From positions 1,312,001-1,376,000 of the forward strand of contig OZ241857.1 of assembly GCA_965203315.1 (NCBI GenBank): a stretch of 64,000 nt of DNA, read 5' to 3'. Origin of the DNA: Nitrosopumilus sp. Lineage in GTDB: Archaea; Thermoproteota; Nitrososphaeria; Nitrososphaerales; Nitrosopumilaceae. Below are positions 10,102 to 19,300 of this stretch, piece by piece (position 1 is the first letter of the stretch; each line of letters starts with the position of its first letter). The notes under the pieces are model-generated. The model was not told the origin of the DNA. It saw nothing but the letters and a program-made list of their open reading frames with translations, and searched no databases. Both the position numbers and the translations under genes were made by a program.

Positions 10102-10353
10102 GTTATCTTGTTCATCTATAACCATCATGGTAAGTGTAGATTGAACTTTGGTGATTCTTCGTATCTTATTCGTAATTATTCCACGTAGCTTTTCTGCGTC
10201 TTTTGATGTTATCTTTAGCATAATATCATAGATGCCATAAACCCCTTGAACCTCATACAAAATATCTTCACTTGCTAGTAGCGTTCTGATCTCGTTAATT
10301 ATTGACTCATCTGAACCCAAATCAGAGTTTATCAATACATATGCAGTTGGCAC
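10096..10353 (-). CDS. Lrp/AsnC ligand-binding-domain protein
   Basis: AYVLIN, V.GVYG.YDI..K, KIR.I..V.STLTM. Confidence 0.88.
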   Translation of the reverse strand: MPTAYVLINSDLGSDESIINEIRTLLASEDILYEVQGVYGIYDIMLKITSKDAEKLRGIITNKIRRITKVQSTLTMMVIDEQDNL

Positions 10354-10403
10354 ATGCAGATTTTGATCAGACAGTATTTAACCTTTGATTTTACACTTGT
10401 TGG

Positions 10404-11057
10404 ATGTTGAACACGGAGAGATATATCGATCTTACCATTGCAGTATCGCCTAATACTCCTACATTTCCAGGTTCACCAACTCCTCAATTCATTCCTTGGG
10501 CTGATCTGAACACAGATGGCTATAATCTGGAACTAGTCTTCTTTAGTTCGCATACGGGAACACATTTGGACTCTCCATATCACTTTGATAAGGACGGGAT
10601 CAAGGTAGATCAGATCCCCATAAAACGTCTGATCGGCTCTGGCATCCTAATTCAAGTTCCTAAACCGTCTAAAGGCAAGATTACCAGATCTGATATCTCC
10701 AACTTTGAGAAAGAGTTTGGAACAATCCCGCCCGACTCGTCCATATTCTTTCACACTGGATGGGATAAACGTCTAAAGAGATCCAACTATTTTACAGAGA
10801 ATCCTGGTCTTGATACATCCGCAGCAAACTATCTAAAATCAAAGAGAGTGAGTCTAGTTGGAATAGACTCACCTAGTATAGATGTAGGAGTTGCAGCCTT
10901 TCCTGTACACAAAATACTCTCAAAGAACAATATTCTAATCGTAGAGAATCTTACAAATCTAGATAAGATTAGAACACATAGATTTGATTTTACATTATTG
11001 CCACTCAAACTCAAAGATGCTACAGGTTCACCAATAAGAGCGATCGCCTCACAGTGA
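10404..11057 (+). CDS. Cyclase family (kynurenine formamidase-like) metal hydrolase
   Basis: HTGTHLDSP.HF, GIDSPS.D, H..L, ENL, GSP.RA. Confidence 0.9.
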   Translation: MLNTERYIDLTIAVSPNTPTFPGSPTPQFIPWADLNTDGYNLELVFFSSHTGTHLDSPYHFDKDGIKVDQIPIKRLIGSGILIQVPKPSKGKITRSDISNFEKEFGTIPPDSSIFFHTGWDKRLKRSNYFTENPGLDTSAANYLKSKRVSLVGIDSPSIDVGVAAFPVHKILSKNNILIVENLTNLDKIRTHRFDFTLLPLKLKDATGSPIRAIASQ

Positions 11058-11135
11058 TCTAAAACCGTACACTGATCTGTAAGATTGTATGGTAAAATTG
11101 TATAGTAAAAATATGACCAATTATATTATCAACAT

Positions 11136-11639
11136 GTGAGCAAACCTGGAAATCTCTGGCGTAAGATACATGGCACAATTACTAAAAAACCTACAAACTT
11201 TTCATGGCTGATCGATTCGTCACTAGCTGGTTCAGGCATTCCAACAACCTTTGACGAATTTACATGGATTCGTGATCAAGGAATTAAATCAATAGTAACT
11301 ATGACAGAAGAACCACTTCCTCAAAATTGGATCAAAGAGATAAACTATCTACACATCCCAACAGCTGATATGACTGCTCCCGATCTAGATTCGATAGACT
11401 CTGCTGCTGATTTTATCAATGAACAGATCAGTCGAGAGCAACCTGTGATGGTTCACTGTGCTGCAGGATTGGGTCGTGCAGGAACTATACTGGCCTGCTA
11501 TTTTATAAAATACAAGAGACTATCTGCAACCGCAGCAATTCAAAAGATTCGAGATGAACGACCAGGATCGATTCAATCTCTAGTCCAAGAGACAGCGATA
11601 TATCTATACGAGAAAGAACTAGGATCAAACAAACGTTGA
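11136..11639 (+). CDS. Dual-specificity protein phosphatase
   Basis: VHCAAGLGRAG (CX5R) and RPGSIQ motifs. Confidence 0.92.
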   Translation: MSKPGNLWRKIHGTITKKPTNFSWLIDSSLAGSGIPTTFDEFTWIRDQGIKSIVTMTEEPLPQNWIKEINYLHIPTADMTAPDLDSIDSAADFINEQISREQPVMVHCAAGLGRAGTILACYFIKYKRLSATAAIQKIRDERPGSIQSLVQETAIYLYEKELGSNKR

Positions 11640-11771
11640 TACAAGTTTACCATCTTTGACCTCTATCTTCAAGACTTTATTCTCTTGAAATATCAGAGTT
11701 AGACCACCATCTTTATCTGGATCCTCGACCTTTACAAGCTCGAGCATCTTTATAGAATCAAACTTTTCCAT
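11625..11771 (-). CDS. 48-aa small protein, paralogue of neighbouring 50-aa protein
   Basis: Manual translation MEKFDSIKMLELVKVEDPDKDGGLTLIFQENKVLKIEVKDGKLVSTFV; shares VE(D/E)PDK(D/E)GG.T.IF..N and DGK with 11778..11930. Confidence 0.8.
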   Translation of the reverse strand: MEKFDSIKMLELVKVEDPDKDGGLTLIFQENKVLKIEVKDGKLVSTFV

Positions 11772-11777
11772 GATATA

Positions 11778-11930
11778 TCACTCTGGAATCGAGACCGTCT
11801 CGATCTTGCCGTCAACTGCTTTGATAAACATAAACCGATTATCTTTAAAGATAAAAGTTATTCCACCTTCCTTGTCAGGCTCTTCAACCTCTAGAACGGG
11901 TTGCCCCAAGAGACCATCATATTTTGCCAT
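11778..11930 (-). CDS. 50-aa small conserved protein
   Basis: MAKYDGLLGQPVLEVEEPDKEGGITFIFKDNRFMFIKAVDGKIETVSIPE; tandem paralogue lies downstream. Confidence 0.8.
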   Translation of the reverse strand: MAKYDGLLGQPVLEVEEPDKEGGITFIFKDNRFMFIKAVDGKIETVSIPE

Positions 11931-12029
11931 ATACTTGACAGTTATCTCCTTGTATATATCCATAATCTATACTGATTATGCCCCTGTGCCGACATTATGA
12001 TTATGTATGCCAACTATCCAATGTTGAAC

Positions 12030-12572
12030 CTAACTCTGATCGGATATCACGACATCGATCTCTTTGGAGTTATTTTTGAGACTATCTTGTTCGGTATAGT
12101 CGTGCTTTTGCCATCCGGCAAAGACCTCTGCAGATAACTTGTGCCGGCCCTCACCCAAATCCGATCCCTTGAATACAAACTTTTCTTCAAAATCAAATAA
12201 CTCTTGGCGAACCTCCTCTTCTGTAAGTCTAATAAAAGGCTCAAAGTTTTTGGCAACCTGAACCCAGATCCTTCTATCTTTCATTGGATTTACAAGTTTT
12301 GGATTTCTAGTCCAAAATATCGATGCCTTTCTATAGGTGTTTATTGTCCTTCCCAACTCTTTCTTCCTAAATCCACCAGTTAACAGTTTTACACCATACT
12401 TTAACTTGAACGAGACATCATTCTTGTCGTATGCAGCTGTCCATCTCTCCTCATTGAATGCAGATCTAATATCTCCTTGTATTGAGAACCGTACACCTAT
12501 CTCCACATTGGAGTATGTAGTATAGGTGTCGCTGTGACTGATCACCTCAATATCAGAGATAACATTCGACAT
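12030..12572 (-). CDS. Conserved hypothetical protein
   Basis: 180-aa ORF with native composition. Confidence 0.7.
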   Translation of the reverse strand: MSNVISDIEVISHSDTYTTYSNVEIGVRFSIQGDIRSAFNEERWTAAYDKNDVSFKLKYGVKLLTGGFRKKELGRTINTYRKASIFWTRNPKLVNPMKDRRIWVQVAKNFEPFIRLTEEEVRQELFDFEEKFVFKGSDLGEGRHKLSAEVFAGWQKHDYTEQDSLKNNSKEIDVVISDQS

Positions 12573-12616
12573 GCTTACAATGATTTATAACTACAATAAG
12601 TTCTTTTTCTGAATAC

Positions 12617-12895
12617 ATGCAAGCGCAAGTGATCAGTTCTAAACCTCAAGAGATCAACATCTCACTGACTGAGGCGGATATCGGAATCTTGTATATCATA
12701 CAACATGAGCTACTGAATGATACTGCTATTGATTTTGCAGGAGTTATTGTAAAACATCCATTGACCAATGAATGTTGGATAAAGATCAATTCTAAAACTA
12801 AACCTCTCGATGGTATCAAAAGGGCGACCGACTCTGCAATAGAGATAACTAATCAATACAGACAGATATTCGAATCAAAGATTCAGGTACAGTAA
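12617..12895 (+). CDS. rpoL: RNA polymerase subunit L (Rpo11)
   Basis: Size, FAG..V.HPL motif, position directly upstream of tfs. Confidence 0.8.
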   Translation: MQAQVISSKPQEINISLTEADIGILYIIQHELLNDTAIDFAGVIVKHPLTNECWIKINSKTKPLDGIKRATDSAIEITNQYRQIFESKIQVQ

Positions 12896-12896
12896 A

Positions 12897-13205
12897 TTGA
12901 AGTTTTGTCCCAAATGTGACACCAAACTAAAAGAGATGAACTCTAATCTCCAATGTTTAAAGTGTGGATATTTAGAGGGCGAGCAAGATAAAAGACCAAA
13001 AGAGTCTAACGATTCACTCTCAAACGACTTTAATGTATTTGAAGATGAAGGAGAGACATCTCATCCTACTATAAAGATGCAGTGTGAAAAGTGTGAGAAC
13101 GACAAAGCAATCTGGTGGATGCTACAGACACGAAGTGCAGACGAACCCACGACTAGATTCTATCGTTGTACAAAATGCAACTATACGTGGCGTGACTACT
13201 CTTGA
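12897..13205 (+). CDS. tfs: Transcription factor S (TFS/RpoM family)
   Basis: FCPKC..CxxC Zn ribbon; QTRSADEPTT.FY.CTKC. Confidence 0.95.
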   Translation: MKFCPKCDTKLKEMNSNLQCLKCGYLEGEQDKRPKESNDSLSNDFNVFEDEGETSHPTIKMQCEKCENDKAIWWMLQTRSADEPTTRFYRCTKCNYTWRDYS

Positions 13206-14211
13206 ATCAAACGAGTAAAACCATCAACCGTCTAGGTCACATCTTGTGTACATTGAGACATTGGTGTCGTCTCGTACCTAGATCTCTACCTCTAGTATGT
13301 GTCGATCAGTCTGTGATGACTAATTCTGGTTTGTGGAATATGAAAAGTCATTCGCCCCTTCATTTGACATGATGTTCATCTCCTGACGACTCGTCAATAA
13401 CTGTTCCTTTTTTTGGCATCTTTCGACTAAATGCTTCATGAGGTGTCTAGTACCCACTTTTTCCAAGAGACATGCGTGGTCGTTCGTAATTGTAGTTGTG
13501 TACGATAGGTCTATTGGATCACTTGTTCATTACATGTATCCTGCAAATACTGGAAATTTGCGTTCAACCTCTCCAAACAATCGTTCTACTTTACCATTGG
13601 TCTGTGGATGATTTACTCGTCCAAGAATATGTTGTATTCCTAACTGCTAATCTTGCCTCAAACTTGGATGTTCCTTTCTTCCTATTCTCAACTGCATTGG
13701 CGTAAAAACTGCGTTCCACGATCTGTGAGTATTGCTTTTGGCTTTCCGTATCTTTTAATGGCAACTTCTAGTACTACAAGTGTATTCTCTGTTGTTGCAT
13801 GGTCAAATATGCCATATCCAACTAAAACCTAGAAGCGTCGTCTAGATAGCTATTAACCATCTGCCATCATCTAGATCGACCTTCATCTCGCAATATGCGG
13901 TATATGGTATTGCGTGAGACATCTATTCACATGGCTTTTTTATCTGCCTTCTGAGACGTGTTGTGGCAAGATAACAATGCTCGTGTACAGGCAAGACAGC
14001 AGAATGTTCTAGTCTACTTGGAAAACTCTTCTTAGATCTGCCCATGTGTCTCGGATATATCATCTGCTTTGGTTTTACATTCTTGTATCGAGCCCACATA
14101 TTTTGAACTCAGCGAGTCGATGCTGGTTCTTTTAACTTATCGGGGGATTAAGATTAAGATGCAGGTATTTCAAGAAACGCCCTGTATGCAATTTAAAACA
14201 GTAATAATCTT

Positions 14212-15118
14212 GGCGATTGCTCATTTCGAGCCCCTAAGCATGTATTGTACCAATAAATCAAACAGATCGCATTCTCGGTTATTGTATCGCCACTCCATCT
14301 CCTTGAGATACAGTAAGAATTTCTTTGAACTCACACCTCGATACTTTGCCAAGTTCAATTTAGCAAAGCCCCAGAACCCTTCCATTCCATTGATGTGAAC
14401 ATCGCCTTTTGCGAAGCTCTTTTGATGATTAACTGATTCTCGATCATATCCATGAAAGATCAAGGTGTCATACCCTTTCCACTTGTCCGTGTATATCATG
14501 CTGCCCTTCTTTACTTTCTTGATCGTTGATTCAAGCAGAGTTTTAGCTGTGACGTCTGGTACAATGTCAACACGTACCTTGCCACCTCTCTGCAATATGC
14601 CAAAAACGATAGTCTTATTTCCGGCGCCGCGGCCTCGTTTTCCTTTACGTTTACCCCCAAAATACGACTCATCTGCTTCGATTTTGCCCTTTAATGTTCG
14701 ATATTCGTCATTTAGTTGCATTAGAATCACGCTCCTGAAAATATCAAAAGCTTTGAGTGCCGTATTGTAAGACAATCTTGCTTGTTTTGCAGCAACTCTT
14801 GCAGATACAGCTAGTTCAAACAATTTGACAAGTACCAGCCATTTTGAATATGAGATTTTGAGTGACGAAAATCTGGATTTGTTAAACGGTCTGAAATCTT
14901 TTTTGCATAATTTACAACGTAACCGATCTCTGTTTTTCATGTAATGGTATTGATCGCACTGACAAAATTTACAAACGATCTTGTCTGAACTATGAGATTC
15001 CAAATATTTCATTATTGCATACCCATCATTTCTCATCTCAAGAAGAGATATCAAATCCATCAAGACTTGCGTCTAAATTTAGTCATATTTAGTTAGGGGC
15101 TCGAAATGAGCAATCGCC
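14212..15118 (-). mobile_element. IS1595-family insertion sequence (907 bp)
   Basis: Perfect 26-bp TIR GGCGATTGCTCATTTCGAGCCCCTAA; imperfect flanking repeat TAATCTT/TAATCTG. Confidence 0.93.
14221..15063 (-). CDS. IS1595-family DDE transposase
   Basis: N-terminal CxxC..CxxC; EADESYFGG, TD.W.GY, VNH, HINGMEGFW, YL.EMEWRYN. Confidence 0.95.
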   Translation of the reverse strand: MMDLISLLEMRNDGYAIMKYLESHSSDKIVCKFCQCDQYHYMKNRDRLRCKLCKKDFRPFNKSRFSSLKISYSKWLVLVKLFELAVSARVAAKQARLSYNTALKAFDIFRSVILMQLNDEYRTLKGKIEADESYFGGKRKGKRGRGAGNKTIVFGILQRGGKVRVDIVPDVTAKTLLESTIKKVKKGSMIYTDKWKGYDTLIFHGYDRESVNHQKSFAKGDVHINGMEGFWGFAKLNLAKYRGVSSKKFLLYLKEMEWRYNNRECDLFDLLVQYMLRGSK

Positions 15119-15333
15119 TAATCTGCAATGGGCAATCTAACCATTTTTCATAACTTGTAAAATTTTTAGAGAATATTGCGTGAAAACTATCGACCCCCCG
15201 TTAAGTTAAAAGAACCCCAATCTGAGCGAACCCACACACCTTCATTTCTACTGCAACTCAGATTGTCTGCTTGACCTAGTCATCTGGCTAGGAGTGAACA
15301 ACTTTTTGTACAACATACATAGAACACAAGATC

Positions 15334-16331
15334 TGTCTTAGACGGAAATCATTTCATATATAAACTCGAAATAAAACCATTGGTAAAGGATGCTGAATGA
15401 AAAACAAATAGCGTATATAATTAGAGAAATGCGTAAAGGCACAAGCTCATCCATCATAGCAGAGAGAATGAAGGTAACTCCCAGACGTGTGTATCAAATT
15501 TATGAATATTATATTCAGACAGGTTCAGTTCCAAAACAGCTCAATGCAGGAAGACCAAAGATAGAACCAACACCAAAACAGATTCAAATTGTAACTGCAG
15601 CATACAATGATGATCCTCGAGGTGCTATTTTTATTGCAAAACATCTGCGCTCTGCCCGCATACAAATAAGCTACAACACTGTAAAGAAGATCATGAAAGC
15701 AAAAGGTTTAGCATCTCCAGCATCTACAAACCGAACGCGTCACAAATGGATTCGCTTTGAACGAAAGTACTCTAACGCAATGTGGCATGTAGACTGGCAT
15801 GTCATAAAAGACTCCAGATGGCAAAATCTATACCTAATTTGCTACCTAGATGATGCATCCAGATGTATTACGGGCTTTGGAGTCTTTCAACATCCCACAA
15901 CAGAGAATGCACTACTTGTATTAGACAAAGCAATTAAGACGTTTGGAAGACCTGCACAGATACTATCTGATCATGGCCCCCAGTTTACATCTAACAAAGA
16001 ACCAAAGAAAGGTAAAAAGAAACCTACGCACTTTGAAAGAGCTTTACAAAAGCGTAAAATTACTCACATACTTGCAGGAGTGGGTCGTCCACAAACCAAT
16101 GGTAAGATAGAGAGATTCTTTGGAACATTTGAAAATGAGGTTGAACATCATGCCAGAATTGATGAATACATTAGTCATTACAATGAAAAAAGACCACACT
16201 TTGCTCTAGATATCGATAACGGAGAAACACCGCTTATTGCTTTTAGAGCAAAACAAGCTAGTGCTGAGATTAGAAAAAACCCAAAATGGGCAGATCTTGA
16301 CTTATATATGAAATGATTTCCGTCTAAGACA
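15334..16331 (+). mobile_element. Intact IS481-like element (998 bp), 16-bp TSD
   Basis: Perfect 30-bp TIR TGTCTTAGACGGAAATCATTTCATATATAA; TSD CATAGAACACAAGATC at 15318-15333 and 16332-16347. Confidence 0.95.
15390..16316 (+). CDS. IS481-family transposase (HTH + rve integrase core)
   Basis: WHVD, LDDASR, LSDHG.QF, PQTNGKIERF, YN..RPH. Confidence 0.95.
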   Translation: MLNEKQIAYIIREMRKGTSSSIIAERMKVTPRRVYQIYEYYIQTGSVPKQLNAGRPKIEPTPKQIQIVTAAYNDDPRGAIFIAKHLRSARIQISYNTVKKIMKAKGLASPASTNRTRHKWIRFERKYSNAMWHVDWHVIKDSRWQNLYLICYLDDASRCITGFGVFQHPTTENALLVLDKAIKTFGRPAQILSDHGPQFTSNKEPKKGKKKPTHFERALQKRKITHILAGVGRPQTNGKIERFFGTFENEVEHHARIDEYISHYNEKRPHFALDIDNGETPLIAFRAKQASAEIRKNPKWADLDLYMK

Positions 16332-16381
16332 CATAGAACACAAGATCACAATTGTTTTATAATATGTTATAGTTCGGCGTA

Positions 16382-19300
16382 TTGTTGTATAAGAAAAATC
16401 ATACGTTGGTTCTTGTACTTGCATTATTTGTAATTGTACCTAGTATAGTCTTTGCTCAAAATACAGATAATCTAGAATCGTCTGTTGTACCTGATATTGA
16501 ACCCACCGATAATACAATTGGTCCTGTTGCAAATGTTGGTGTCGAGTACAAGTTCGATGATGGTTTTTACCAAAAAATTCAGGATCTGAGCAAAGAGACT
16601 CCTCAAGAAGGCGATCCCGGTGTATATGACGGTACCAGATACTATAGTGTAATACTAGTTGTGAATCGAGACGATGGTGACGATAGAACAGGTGACGAGA
16701 CCGCGAAGGAGAACAAAGGTGCTCTTGTAAAGCGACTGGAACTATTAGGAGCTCGAGATATCCTTGCAGCAGAGTCTCTCTCTTTTGTAACTGCTTCTAT
16801 ACCTGTAGGAGAAGTTCCTGGCTTTTCGTTACATGATGAGGTATTTCAGTTAGGTGATGGTGAACTACCCATATTTCCTGCTGTGGATATTGCTAGAAGA
16901 ACGATCAATGCCATGCCTGAAGATCTATCTAGAATAAATAATCAAAATCTTACTGGTAGCGGTATAGTCGTTGCGGTTGTAGATACAGGAATAAACAGCA
17001 TATATCTAAATGATAAAGTTCGTGAGAGGATATATTGTCCAGACAGAACTTGTTGGGCAGAAAATGGTTTGATCATGGGACAATCTACCCTTGAACTCGG
17101 TTTACTGAATACCACAGATTCTACACATGGTACACGCGTTGCGCAAGTACTTGCAGCTTCTGGAATGTCAAATCACAATGGAATTGCGCCAGGGGTCACA
17201 TTGTTGGACGCAATGTATGGTAGTCAATCTTTAATTGGGAACGTTGTTTTCCACAATCCAGACAGTACTTTCTATGTCCATGCAATTGACTGGGCGTATA
17301 AACAAGGTGCAAACATATCAAATCTTAGTGCAGGTTACGATATATGTGACAACTTTTTTGATATTGTTTCGTACAACTTGATTGTGAATGAAGCAGTAGA
17401 TAAAGGAATGATAGTTGTCAAATCAGCAGGAAATCGAGGTTTTAATAATACTGCACAAACCGCATCTTATAATTCTATAACTAATCCAGGATGCGCAAAT
17501 AACGTAATTACCGTGGGAGGCATCGATGATCGTTCTTCTAGCGAAAAAGAAATGTATACTAATTCAAGCCGAGGACCATCAACCGACAACACTCCCGTAT
17601 TGAAACCAGAGATAGTTGCTCCCGCTTATATGATTCAAACACTTAATAACACTCTAAATGATGATGCCGGTCCTCGTTCGGGTACAAGCTATGCAACACC
17701 TCAAGTAAGTGCAGCAGCTGCATTGATGTTAGAAGCAGAGCCAAGCCTTACTCCGATAGAAGCAAAGGCACTGTTATTACTAGGGGCAAACTGGCAGGGT
17801 CCAATTCCGTGCACATCTACTCAATACGAACGAAACAATCCAACTAACGATTGCTCTTTTGCAAGGCAGCCAGCAGATCCAGATACAGCTAATAATGCTG
17901 ATTCACTAAGCATACTAAACAATGTTGGATTTGGCATACTCGATGTAGGACAATCAGTCGTATATTCATCACGTGCTCTATCTCATGTTATGTCAGATCA
18001 TCTTGATCCTCTGGGCATAACATCCAAGGGATATACATTTACAGTAACCAATACATCAGAGCCTGTAAAGATAATTCTTACGTGGCTTGTACATCCACAT
18101 GGCGGCATATTGGAACAGGATAATCGTAACACTGCTGCTCCAGTAGCTGATCTAAACTTTACAGTAAGATGTAATGGCGGTCAAACTATCTCTGCCACAT
18201 CATCACATCAAACAAACGAGTTTGTAGTGTTTAGACCTTCACAAACTGGAACTTGTACTATAACTGTTACGGGCTCTGGACTAGATACCATAAACAAACC
18301 TGTACAAAACTATGCTCTTGCAAGTACACGTCCACTAACTACCGTACTGCCATCCAACAACTTACCGAGTGCAACATCTGATTCTTTTATCGTCAGTCCA
18401 GGAATGCCATCCACAGTATACTTTACTGGACGAGATGCTAACGGTGATTCCATATCGTTTAGTGTAACACGCGATCCAACTCAAGGCATAATAACCACGG
18501 ATGAGTTTATCACAAAGACTCACTCCCGAGCAATGTACACGCCATATGACAACTTTACAGGAAGAGACACATTTCAGATTACGCCATCTGATGGTGTAAA
18601 TCAACGAGGTATTCCTGCAACCATAACTCTGATAGAAGAGACACTGCCTCCAAACTCACAAAAGGCTACTACAAGATCTGACAATGTACGTGATTGGGAC
18701 ACTAGCATATTTTCCTCAAACACGCCATTGACTACATCTAGTAAGACATTTACCGGCCCAACATATCCAGTATCTGCAATTCATATAGGCTCTGTAAATG
18801 TGGAGGGCGGACTTGCCACATTTACAACATCAGATGGCAACACATATCGAGCTGTTGTACCGCCGAGTGGTGCCAGAATGATAGAGTTTCCATCATCCAT
18901 AATGATTAGAACGATGGAACTTGCTTCAGAGTGGATAGATGAGGAATCAATACACAACACAACGAAAAACATACCTACCGACATTCGAATCTTTGCAGGA
19001 TATGTACCTAGTTCATGTGTATCACTATCTGGATCAAGCGGTGCCAACTCTTGTCCTGCACATACGACACACTTGTTTAGTTCATCTCCAAATCTTGCAA
19101 TTCCAGACAACGCAGACAATCAAGACACAACTGACACTATTCGCATATCTGAGAATGGCACAATAAGAAAGATTACTGTATCTCTGGATATAACTCACAC
19201 ATTCATTGGTGATCTCAAAGTTATACTTACACCACCTAGTGGCAAACCCATAACGTTACATGATCGAACAGGCGGAAATCAAGATGACCTCAAGAGATCA

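Larger units (their letters stand above)
14125..15216. mobile_element. MITE family B (~180 bp net) interrupted by IS1595
   Basis: TIR GGTTCTTTTAACTTATCGGGGG ... CCCCCGTTAAGTTAAAAGAACC. Confidence 0.75.
13332..15317 (-). pseudogene. Decayed IS481-family element, interrupted by a MITE and IS1595
   Basis: Colinear with the 22564-23665 element (LDDASR, ILTD.GTQF, HPQTNGKVER remnants); degenerate IRs TGTGGAATATGAAAAGTCATTCGCCCC and GGAGTGAACAACTTTTTGTACAACATA. Confidence 0.8.
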
